Source: Rhizobiales bacterium PAR1
GTDB lineage: Bacteria > Pseudomonadota > Alphaproteobacteria > Rhizobiales > Beijerinckiaceae
Direction of reading: 5' to 3'
NCBI GenBank assembly: GCA_002256205.1
Contig: NKIW01000011.1
Span: 10,055-74,054 of the forward strand
DNA length: 64,000 bases
Part shown: positions 29,947 through 37,829 of the stretch, piece by piece
How the letters are laid out: each line of letters opens with the position of its first letter
Position numbering within the stretch: the first letter of the stretch is position 1
Notes under the pieces: model-generated
The model's database searches: none
Told to the model about the DNA's origin: nothing
What the model saw: only the letters and a program-made list of their open reading frames with translations
Program-made: the position numbers and the translations under genes

Positions 29947-30429
29947 TCAGCCCAGAAGCCGTTCAAGCGGGCCTTGCGGCAGCGAGAGCGTCAGGAGTTT
30001 CGAAAACAGGAGGTAGATAAGCGTCGAGAGCACAACCCCGATCGCGAGATCAACCAGAACCGCGCGGCGACCGAAGGCGAATGATGTGATCGCAAAGAGC
30101 ACTGCCATAGCCGGGACGAACCCGCCGCCAAAACCGATCATCGCCGTAAGTACGAGGAACCCGATCACCAGAATGCCGACCGGGCCAAAATCCGCTTCTT
30201 CAGGCTCGGTTCCGGCACTGCGGAAGCCGGAGAGGATAGAGAGCAACCCGAGCAGAACAAGTCCAGCCGCAATGATCTTCGGCACTACAGCAGGGCCGAT
30301 ACCGTAGGCCACGACGCTGCCAAGACTCACAGCGTCGGCCCAGAGAATACCGGCCAGCGCCAGCATGAGAAAGCCGACAACAATGGCCGGCTTGTCACGC
30401 CCCTTGGGCGCGCTTGTGGATTGAGACAT
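29947..30429 (-). CDS. tctB: Tripartite tricarboxylate transporter small permease
   Basis: Four TM segments, GIGPAVVPKI, C-terminal LTLSLPQGPL; lies between tctC and tctA. Confidence 0.9.
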   Translation of the reverse strand: MSQSTSAPKGRDKPAIVVGFLMLALAGILWADAVSLGSVVAYGIGPAVVPKIIAAGLVLLGLLSILSGFRSAGTEPEEADFGPVGILVIGFLVLTAMIGFGGGFVPAMAVLFAITSFAFGRRAVLVDLAIGVVLSTLIYLLFSKLLTLSLPQGPLERLLG

Positions 30430-30489
30430 GGTTCCCCCCCTGAACGTCCCTGATGCCAGCCTTCTTGTCGGGCGGCTTTTTGAAATGAT

Positions 30490-30512
30490 CCTTCCCGCCA
30501 GAGGCGGGAAGG
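30490..30512 (-). terminator. Intercistronic hairpin after tctC
   Basis: CCTTCCCGCC-aga-GGCGGGAAGG, a perfect 10-bp stem. Confidence 0.6.
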
Positions 30513-30530
30513 CAACGTCTTACATTGTGC

Positions 30531-31499
30531 TTACTTCACGAGGCCTACAGATTTCAGCACCGCCTCGACGCGGACCTGCTCCGTCTTCAGGAATTCACCG
30601 AAGGCCGGTTCGGGCAGGTAGGCATCATCCCAACCACGCTGGACGAGGACTTCCTTCCATTCCTTAGACTTGACCATCTTGTCGATAACGTCCGAAATCG
30701 CCTTTTTCTGGTCCGCCGTGATCCCCGGCGCCGCCATCACAGAACGCCAGTTAATGAGTTCAAGGTTGATGCCCTGCTCTTTCAGCGTCGGCGTAGGGTT
30801 GTCCTTGAGACGGTCCGGAGTAGCGAGCGCGATGGCGCGCAGCTTGCCGGCCTTGATCTGGCCCTCGAACTCGCCCCAGCCGGAGATGCCCGCCGTAACG
30901 CGGCCTGAAAGCATCGCCGCCAGCGCTTCGCCACCACCCGAAAACGGCACGTAGTTGACCTTCGAGCCATCAAGCCCAACCGTGCCTGCAAGAAGACCGG
31001 CGAGGATGTGATCAACACCGCCCGCCGAACCGCCGGCGAAAGTCACCTTGGCGAGATCAGCCTTCATCGCAGCGACGAGATCCTTCGCATCCTTGATCGG
31101 CGAAGTAGCCGGCACAACGATAACTTCCGCCTCGGCGGTAATCCGCGCGATCGGTGTCACCATGCCGAGGTTGACCGGCGACTTGTTGGTGATCAGCGAG
31201 CCGACCATCACGAAGCCATTGACCATGATCTGGTTCGGGTCGCCCTTGGCCGTATTCACGAACTGGGCAAGGCCAATCGCGCCACCAGCACCCGGAATAT
31301 TATTGACCTGAACGCTCTTGCCGATTCCGGTTGCGGTCAGAACCTGCTGCATCGCGCGCGCGGTGCCATCCCAGCCGCCACCCGGCGCAGCAGGGGCGAG
31401 AATCTTGAGTTCCATCTGGGCACTGGCCGTTCCAATGGATGCCGCCATTAACAGCGTTGCAGCCGCGCCCGCGATGAAGTCTCGTTTTTTGATTGGCAT
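30531..31499 (-). CDS. tctC: Tripartite tricarboxylate transporter substrate-binding protein (Bug/TctC)
   Basis: Start ATG 31499; PAAPGGGWDGTAR, NIPGAGG, GGSAGGVDH, VPFSGGGEA. Confidence 0.95.
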   Translation of the reverse strand: MPIKKRDFIAGAAATLLMAASIGTASAQMELKILAPAAPGGGWDGTARAMQQVLTATGIGKSVQVNNIPGAGGAIGLAQFVNTAKGDPNQIMVNGFVMVGSLITNKSPVNLGMVTPIARITAEAEVIVVPATSPIKDAKDLVAAMKADLAKVTFAGGSAGGVDHILAGLLAGTVGLDGSKVNYVPFSGGGEALAAMLSGRVTAGISGWGEFEGQIKAGKLRAIALATPDRLKDNPTPTLKEQGINLELINWRSVMAAPGITADQKKAISDVIDKMVKSKEWKEVLVQRGWDDAYLPEPAFGEFLKTEQVRVEAVLKSVGLVK

Positions 31500-31626
31500 T
31501 TTGTTCCCTCCAACTGACGCCCGACAGGGCGTGCGTCGGTTAGGAAAGTAGCGTCGTTCTTTTCCCAGACAAGGAAAAACAACGACGAGAAGATGCAATC
31601 AGGGCCGGACCTCGCCCTTCAGCTGA

Positions 31627-32125
31627 TTACAACACCTGCCGCATCCACCCGGCCAGGGCGCCCATCGCCTCATTCGAGCGATCTACGAGCCAGACCCAGT
31701 TGAGAAAGCCGTGGTTCATGTCGTCGTAGAGCCTCAGATCGACTGCAATGCCTGCTTCGCATAAGCCTCGCCTTCATCGCGCAAGAGGTCGTATTCACCT
31801 GCGATGAGGTAGGTGCGCGGCAGATTGGTGAAGGATTTTGTGCGCGGCGGCGAGACCATCGGGTTGTCGGCATCCGACTTGTTCGGCAGATAAAATCCCA
31901 GAACCATTTCATGCCGTCCACCGTCAGTCCAAAGCCGCTGCCGCGTTCCGGCCACGAGGGGTAGGAAACTGAGCAATGATCCGTGACCGGATAGACGAGG
32001 ATCGCCGCCAATCTCGCGCGCATGTTTCGCGGCCCAAAGCCTTGCAACATTACAATCGCCGGGTGCGGCGGGAAACGGGTTTTCCGGCGCCATCCGGACC
32101 GATGATCGAGGTCAGCGCGCCTGTT
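31627..32125 (-). pseudogene. Decayed HSL-family alpha/beta-hydrolase (esterase), C-terminal two-thirds only
   Basis: Spliced across frames: SV.RMAPENPFPAA.GDC..ARLWAAKHAREIGGDPRL / LVYPVTDH.SVSYPSWPERGSGFGLTVDGMKWFWD / YLPNKSDADNPMVSP..LPRTYLIAGEYDLLRDEGEAYA / AGIAVDLRLYDDMNHGFLNW...VL*. GDSAG and HGGG segments are absent. Confidence 0.88.
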
Positions 32126-32510
32126 GATCGCCAGGAAAATAGGCCAGCACTTTCTGGTCTTGCGACAGCAGGTGCATGGGCTCAGTCCTCGCTTGCGCGA
32201 CGAGCATCCGGTCAAACGGATCGGCATGCAGCGGAGGCAACGTCTCGACGGCCAGCGCATGCCGGGCCGTCATATCCAGAACGTGGTAACCTGCTTCGAG
32301 GAAATAGCGGTGGGCAGCTTCGGCCGAGAAGGGCAAGGCATCCACGCGGCCACGCGACAGCGGAAATTTGATCGCGATTTCCCAAAGGCTGACGCTGGAC
32401 ACGAATTCCTCGTTCTCGAGTGAGGCGATCAGCGTCTGTTCAGCCTGCGTTAGCCGATCGGGCGCGACCAGAGCCCAGATCGCGATATGCGTGTCGAGCA
32501 AAAGCCGCAT
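32112..32510 (-). CDS. vapC: Type II TA toxin, PIN domain (VapC)
   Basis: MRLLLDTH, SSVSLWEIAIK, HADPFDRMLVAQA, LLSQD; 132 aa; stop/start overlap with the antitoxin. Confidence 0.93.
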   Translation of the reverse strand: MRLLLDTHIAIWALVAPDRLTQAEQTLIASLENEEFVSSVSLWEIAIKFPLSRGRVDALPFSAEAAHRYFLEAGYHVLDMTARHALAVETLPPLHADPFDRMLVAQARTEPMHLLSQDQKVLAYFPGDQQAR

Positions 32511-32773
32511 CAGCGTGAGAACCCATCGCCGAGGAAAGCGGCGGCGATCAACTCGTTGTCAGCATCCAAACCTTCGAGCGACGGCGCCGAAAAACGCCCG
32601 GCAAGAAGCCCGAGACGAATACCCGGCCGGGGATCCTGAACAGGCACCAGACGTGCGGCAGGCTTGCCATTGCGGGCAATCACAATTTCCGCCATCGCCC
32701 CGCTCTCGACCGCTTCGACAAGGCGTGACAGCTGCGATTTCGCTTCGAACATGTTGACTTGCGAGGAAGGCAT
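32510..32773 (-). CDS. Type II TA antitoxin, Phd/YefM family
   Basis: VNMFEAKSQLSRLVEAVESG..EIVIARNGKPAARLVP; ATG 32773 with GGGAG RBS. Confidence 0.92.
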   Translation of the reverse strand: MPSSQVNMFEAKSQLSRLVEAVESGAMAEIVIARNGKPAARLVPVQDPRPGIRLGLLAGRFSAPSLEGLDADNELIAAAFLGDGFSR

Positions 32774-32827
32774 GAACACTCCCGTCAGCTCCAGACTTAG
32801 CTAGGCCCGACTAACCCTTATCACACC

Positions 32828-34150
32828 TTAGTCCGATCGAAAAGTTTCCCGTTTCTGCCCTCTTGCCTCCTTCAGTCTGGCACTGATCAACGCCATAAGG
32901 ATCGGGCCCACGGAGAAATGCCCCTCACGCTTTTTCTCGGTCAATGCACGCAAATAACCACCGGGGAAGCGGATATCATCACCCTTTTGCAAGATTGCGG
33001 CGATCACGATCGAGGCATCGACAAGACCCATCGTCTCGACGGCATCCTGCCAGGCATCCGGGGAAATCCCGAGCATGGCCCGGACGAGAGCCGCCGTTTT
33101 CAGGAAAGCCGCCCAATTGCGGATCGTCGGGGTCTCGAGTTGCCCCTCCCCTGTCGGGGCTTCGGCATAGTCGAGGATATCCGGGCAGGCCTCGAGCACC
33201 ATGCCGAGTGGTGTTCCCATCGCCGGGTGGGCTTCGGCAGGTGCGGTAAGTGGGTCGTCGAGTTCTGAAATGGCATGTTCTGACTGCTCTGGCTGAAGCG
33301 CGTCGATTTCGCCCCTGTCATTTTTGGAGGCAGGTTCAGATTCATGAAGATCAGTTTTTGAATTCTGTTTGTGAGCGCCATTTTGGGATTCATTGGCGTC
33401 TGGAATCGATGAATTCACGAAAAGTTCGAGATGGTTGGCGATGGCACAAGCAAGATCCGTCAAATCCGCTGCGGTCGTTGTCAGGGCGGCAACGTCCGCC
33501 GACCGTCTCAACCCAGCGATGATACCGAGATATGCAGCGTGAAGACCCATCCAGTCGCCCGGCAGGGCCTCCTCAAGCCCCAGGGCGATCATCTTGGTGA
33601 TATCCCGTCGCGCCAGCGTCACGCGCTCCCGTGCGAGCCGGAGCGCCTTCTTCCGCGCCTGCACCTCGGCCGCAAGCGCCTCGAACTCTTCGGCACGGGC
33701 CACAAGCGGCGTCAGGTCAAACCCGAAGGCTTCACTGACCGCCCCACCCTCCCCGCGCCGTGCGTAGCGCTTGCCGTTGGGACTGTCGCGCCGGATCACG
33801 ATGCCAGCATCGACGAGAATCGCGAGGTGTCGCCGCAATGTTGTCGGCGCGACGCCATGGGCGCGCGCGGCCAGTTTTTCATTGGAGGGAAACACCACCA
33901 GCGGATCGCCCGCCGTGAGCGTCGTCTCCTGATGAAATGATAGCAGCGCATTCAAAATCGCCAGCGCCCGATCCGGCAAGCCGAGCCGGTCCTTGGCTTC
34001 CGTTAGCGCCGTGAACACCTTCCATTTGTGGACGGTCTTCTCCGGCTCCACTGCTCTCGCCTGCGCCTGGGTTGCAATCAGACCAAGCGACATCGAGCGC
34101 CGCCCGAAGGGCGTCGTTGCCAATCCATGTGTCATTGTCTTTGCCTTCAA
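32828..34150 (-). CDS. repC: Plasmid replication initiator RepC
   Basis: TTPFGRRSMS, VFPSNEKL, RHLAILVDAGIVIRRDSPNGKRYARR, FGFDLTPL, VLEACP, LGISPDAW, PGGYLR.L. Confidence 0.96.
   Translation of the reverse strand: MKAKTMTHGLATTPFGRRSMSLGLIATQAQARAVEPEKTVHKWKVFTALTEAKDRLGLPDRALAILNALLSFHQETTLTAGDPLVVFPSNEKLAARAHGVAPTTLRRHLAILVDAGIVIRRDSPNGKRYARRGEGGAVSEAFGFDLTPLVARAEEFEALAAEVQARKKALRLARERVTLARRDITKMIALGLEEALPGDWMGLHAAYLGIIAGLRRSADVAALTTTAADLTDLACAIANHLELFVNSSIPDANESQNGAHKQNSKTDLHESEPASKNDRGEIDALQPEQSEHAISELDDPLTAPAEAHPAMGTPLGMVLEACPDILDYAEAPTGEGQLETPTIRNWAAFLKTAALVRAMLGISPDAWQDAVETMGLVDASIVIAAILQKGDDIRFPGGYLRALTEKKREGHFSVGPILMALISARLKEARGQKRETFRSD
33330..33430. other. Probable oriV core inside repC (AT-rich, GANTC cluster)
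   Basis: AT-rich patch with GANTC at 33339, 33387 and 33403. repABC origins are known to lie within repC; the boundaries are inference. Confidence 0.5.
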
Positions 34151-34201
34151 TCAGGCAAAAGAATTACGGCCGCCGAAATGGCAGTTTCCTCAAAGGGACT
34201 C

Positions 34202-34230
34202 TTGACAGCGATTCGCGGAAGTGGGATTCT
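34202..34230 (+). promoter_or_regulatory. ctRNA promoter
   Basis: TTGACA-17nt-GATTCT in the repB-repC spacer, antisense to repC; contains two GANTC sites. Confidence 0.8.
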
Positions 34231-34236
34231 CAGGGT

Positions 34237-34290
34237 GCTTAGATCTGAGGAAGGCTTCCGGTGGAAACGTCGGGGGCCTTTTTCTTTTGT
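34237..34290 (+). ncRNA. repABC counter-transcribed RNA (ctRNA/incalpha)
   Basis: Follows the promoter above; stem AAGGCTTCCG/CGGGGGCCTT then TTTCTTTT U-tract; canonical position. Ends are approximate. Confidence 0.8.
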
Positions 34291-34344
34291 CAGGTTGCTC
34301 CGTGGTTAAGGGGTGTCGTGACTGTAAACGTGTTTGCCTGCCGA

Positions 34345-35394
34345 TTATCTCGGTGCCTTCCTCGTGGAAGACGTGGACGTCGCCTGATCGAGATAGCGGC
34401 GGTAGAAATTCGGCAGTTCACTGGCAAGAAAACTCATGAAGCCGGGTGCCAGGGTTTCGTTGAAAATCAGCTGTGACGTAGACTTGCCACGCTTCCGGGA
34501 GACGATGCCCTTCCCCGCAGGATCCTCCACCAGAACATCCGGTTCCGCTTTTTCATCTTCTCGTGCAGATGGCACATCGAGCGCCCGCATCGCTTCAAGA
34601 AAACGACGATCGGAATCGAACGCACTGAACGTGCTTCGCTCCAGAACAGCCCCGAGACGCCGCTCGGCGCCCGGCGCCTGAAGCAACTCGGCAAGCGCCA
34701 TCCAGCGTGCGCGGCCGGCCTTGGGTGCCGAACCAATTCTCTTGGCAATTGCCTCGGGCACGGAACGCGCGACCTGTATCAGACGACTGAGGTCTGCCTT
34801 GTCGGTCGAGAGCGACGTGCCGATCACCGCGCGATCATAGCCCGCTTCTTCAAGCCGGCGCGCGAACAGCGCCTTCTCGATGAACGAAAGATCGCGACGC
34901 TCGCTGTTCTCCTTGCCCTGCGCCGTGATTAGCGCCTCATCCGTCAGAGCCTGAACGATCGCGCGAACAGGTTGGCCGAGGCGACGCGTTGCCTCGATCC
35001 GGCGGTGCCCGTAGGCGGCCTGAAAGCGCCCTGTCTGGTTCGGGTGTGGCCGCACCAGAATCGGCACCTGTTGACCTGCCTCCGCAATCGATTTGACGAG
35101 TTCATCGAGTGAAGGGTCGTGCTCGATCACGAGCCGATCGCGCACAGGTGCAGGATCGATGCTCTGCGGGTCCAGTTCCACGATGGTCTTTGCATTCGCG
35201 ATTTGCGCCTGCAAATCTTCCGAAGCTTTAGCCGCCGCGGACCATTGCTGGAGCGAGGCCCCCATGGCAGCGACGGCACCCGTCCTCACGGCTGGCACGG
35301 CGCGTTCCATGCTGTTGGGAGCTCCCAACGGTTCAATCGGCTTATCGACTGGCTTCTTGGCAAAGAGGGCGTCGATGGTGGTTTTGCGGCTCAT
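34345..35394 (-). CDS. repB: Plasmid partitioning protein RepB (ParB family)
   Basis: GQQVPILVRPHP, YGHRR (CTPase motif), QGKENSERRDLSFIEKALFA. Confidence 0.96.
   Translation of the reverse strand: MSRKTTIDALFAKKPVDKPIEPLGAPNSMERAVPAVRTGAVAAMGASLQQWSAAAKASEDLQAQIANAKTIVELDPQSIDPAPVRDRLVIEHDPSLDELVKSIAEAGQQVPILVRPHPNQTGRFQAAYGHRRIEATRRLGQPVRAIVQALTDEALITAQGKENSERRDLSFIEKALFARRLEEAGYDRAVIGTSLSTDKADLSRLIQVARSVPEAIAKRIGSAPKAGRARWMALAELLQAPGAERRLGAVLERSTFSAFDSDRRFLEAMRALDVPSAREDEKAEPDVLVEDPAGKGIVSRKRGKSTSQLIFNETLAPGFMSFLASELPNFYRRYLDQATSTSSTRKAPR
35314..35329. repeat. parS-like palindrome, copy 1 (inside repB)
   Basis: GTTGGGAGCTCCCAAC, a perfect 16-bp palindrome with GTT...AAC ends. Confidence 0.72.
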
Positions 35395-36644
35395 GCTTCA
35401 CCCCTCGCCCGCAGGCTTCGACCCCATGCCGAGCGGATCAAATTCTCGATCTCGACATGCACCGCCTCAAGCGCCTCGGCCGCGCGGTCATAGGTCGAAC
35501 GCGTCAGGTTTTCGCGCCCGATCTCATAGAGCGTCTGCTTGGTCAGACCGGCATCGGACATTGCGGTCGATTTCACCATCGGGTTGGTCAGCACATGATC
35601 GCCGAAGAGGTTGCGCAGCAGGGCGACCACCTTGGTTTGCGGACCATCCTGAGGCTCATAGCGTGTGATCAGGTAGCGCAGGAAGTCGTAGTTGAGACGC
35701 GCACCAGCCTCGCGCACCACGGCGAGAAGGTCGCGCGTCATCAGCAGGAATTGGCTCATCGAAGCAATATCGAGCATCTGTGGATGCACCGTAACGAGTA
35801 CGCCGGTGGCGGCACAAATACCGGAGAGCGTGAGATAGCCGAGCTGCGGCGGGCAATCGATGATCACCACATCGAAGTCGTCCGCCACCGGATCAAGCGC
35901 CTGCGCCACGCGTGCAAAAAACACCTGGTCTGGTGCACGCATTCCGGCGGAGAGCGCACGCGGCGTTTCATGCTCGAACTCCATCAGTTCGAGATTGCCC
36001 GGCACCAGCGAGAGCCCGTCGAAATAAGTCCTGCGGATAATATCCTTCAACGGCCGCCGCTCGCCATCATAGCGGATCGCGGCATAGAGCGTTTCGTTCG
36101 GACCAACCTCAAATTCCGGCGTCAGGCCGAGGAGGGCGGAAAACGACGCTTGCGGGTCAAGGTCGATGCCGAGCACGCGGTAGCCGCGCAGCGCGAGATA
36201 TTGCGCAAGATGCGCTGACGTCGTGGTCTTGCCCGAACCACCCTTGAAATTGGTGACCGCGATGACCTGAAGATGATCACCCTCTGCCCGGCGCGGGAGG
36301 TATTCGAGCGCATCCTTGCGGCCACGGGCAGAGCGCGCCAGCAGGACACGCAGCTCGTTGATTTCCTCAAGGCTGTAACGTCGCTGGCCATTGCCCACGG
36401 TTTCGGGCTGCGGGCCTTCCCCGGCAAGCGAGAGCTGGCGTAGGCGCGAATCCGTGACACCAATCAGCTTCGCGGCTTCCCCCGAGGTGAACTTGCGCAG
36501 CACCTTCTCCGATGTCGGCGGGAAGAGGGCCGCGCTGATGGTGCGCAGCTGATCACTGAGCAAGCCGGCATGCTCACCAATCGTCTCGTCGATTGACGGC
36601 AAATGCGGTTTTGTCTCGCTTGAAGCACGGTTCACGATGGGCAC
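35391..36644 (-). CDS. repA: Plasmid partitioning ATPase RepA (ParA family)
   Basis: RKFTSGEAAKL HTH, NFKGGSGKTT, DLDPQAS, IDCPPQLGYLT, VHPQMLD, TKQTLYE. Confidence 0.96.
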   Translation of the reverse strand: MPIVNRASSETKPHLPSIDETIGEHAGLLSDQLRTISAALFPPTSEKVLRKFTSGEAAKLIGVTDSRLRQLSLAGEGPQPETVGNGQRRYSLEEINELRVLLARSARGRKDALEYLPRRAEGDHLQVIAVTNFKGGSGKTTTSAHLAQYLALRGYRVLGIDLDPQASFSALLGLTPEFEVGPNETLYAAIRYDGERRPLKDIIRRTYFDGLSLVPGNLELMEFEHETPRALSAGMRAPDQVFFARVAQALDPVADDFDVVIIDCPPQLGYLTLSGICAATGVLVTVHPQMLDIASMSQFLLMTRDLLAVVREAGARLNYDFLRYLITRYEPQDGPQTKVVALLRNLFGDHVLTNPMVKSTAMSDAGLTKQTLYEIGRENLTRSTYDRAAEALEAVHVEIENLIRSAWGRSLRARGEA

Positions 36645-36748
36645 CCAAATTCACGGCAAAGCGCGGGGAACAGCGCCTTTGACGTTAGGGTGCCAGTTTA
36701 GCCGATTCTGGCAAGCGATTTTTCGTTAACCAAACCCTAATGGCGCGT

Positions 36749-36764
36749 ATTGGGAGCTCCCAAC
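36749..36764. repeat. parS-like palindrome, copy 2 (upstream of repA)
   Basis: ATTGGGAGCTCCCAAC, 15/16 identical to copy 1. Confidence 0.72.
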
Positions 36765-36773
36765 ACCGCCTTC

Positions 36774-37829
36774 CTACCGTAAGCCAGCATTGATTTTGAC
36801 CAGCGCAGCGCGACCTGGCACCAACGCCTCATCCGGCAGACTGTTGAGCGGCGCAGCCACCGTGTTCAGCCCCTCGTGAAGATCGCGGGGCAGCGGATCG
36901 AGATAGAGGAGACCCGTTGCCACTTCACCGGCCGCCGCACGCTCCTGAATATGGGCGAGGGCGCCTGCCTTGTCCGACGGATCATAATCCTCGGCGAGCT
37001 TGCGGAGCCGCAACGTCGTGCCGTCGTGCTGAAGCACGTCCGTGACCGTCCCCGGCGCGTAATCCGCCGTGATTGGCTCCTGCCCGGTAATGAAATCAAG
37101 GCGGTTCATCGCCTCGTTATGCTCGCGGATGTAATCGTAGCTCTTGGTCGAGCCGGCGTGATTGTTGAACGCAACACACGGCGAAATCACATCGAGGATG
37201 GCCGCGCCCTGATGGCTGATCGCCGCCTTGATCAGAGGCACAAGCTGCGTCTTGTCGCCCGAGAACGAGCGCGCCACGAAAGTCGCGCCCATCAGGATCG
37301 CGAGGCTCGCGAGATCAATCGCGGAATCCTGATTGACCGCGCCCTTCTTGGATTTGGAACCGCGATCCGCCGTTGCCGAGAACTGACCCTTGGTGAGGCC
37401 ATAGACGCCGTTGTTCATCACGACATAGACCATGTTCACGCCACGCCGCATGACATGCGCGAACTGTCCGAGGCCGATGGAAGCCGAATCGCCATCGCCC
37501 GAAACGCCGAGGTAAATGAGTTCGCGGTTTGCCAGATTGGCCCCGGTCAGCACCGAGGGCATGCGCCCATGCACGGTGTTGAAGCCGTGGGAATTGCCGA
37601 GAAAATACGTCGGTGATTTCGACGAGCAGCCAATGCCCGAGAGCTTGGCAACGCGGTGCGGCTCGATGTTCAACTCGAAACAGGCGTGGATGATTGCCGC
37701 CGAGATCGAGTCGTGGCCGCAGCCAGCGCAGAGCGTCGAGATCGTGCCTTCATAGTCGCGGCGGGTGAAACCGGCGGCGTTATGCGTCAGCGCCGGGTGA
37801 TGCAGCTTGGGCTTGGCAATGTAGGTCAT
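36774..37829 (-). CDS. korB: 2-oxoacid:ferredoxin oxidoreductase beta subunit
   Basis: LCAGCGH, SGIGCSSK, HGRMPS, GDGDSASIG (ThDP motif), NNGVYGLTKGQ, SPCVAFN. Confidence 0.94.
   Translation of the reverse strand: MTYIAKPKLHHPALTHNAAGFTRRDYEGTISTLCAGCGHDSISAAIIHACFELNIEPHRVAKLSGIGCSSKSPTYFLGNSHGFNTVHGRMPSVLTGANLANRELIYLGVSGDGDSASIGLGQFAHVMRRGVNMVYVVMNNGVYGLTKGQFSATADRGSKSKKGAVNQDSAIDLASLAILMGATFVARSFSGDKTQLVPLIKAAISHQGAAILDVISPCVAFNNHAGSTKSYDYIREHNEAMNRLDFITGQEPITADYAPGTVTDVLQHDGTTLRLRKLAEDYDPSDKAGALAHIQERAAAGEVATGLLYLDPLPRDLHEGLNTVAAPLNSLPDEALVPGRAALVKINAGLR

Noticed and set aside
31750-31900. Programmed frameshifting in the esterase remnant
   Set aside because: Multiple lesions plus loss of the catalytic Ser motif and the N-terminus indicate decay, not recoding.
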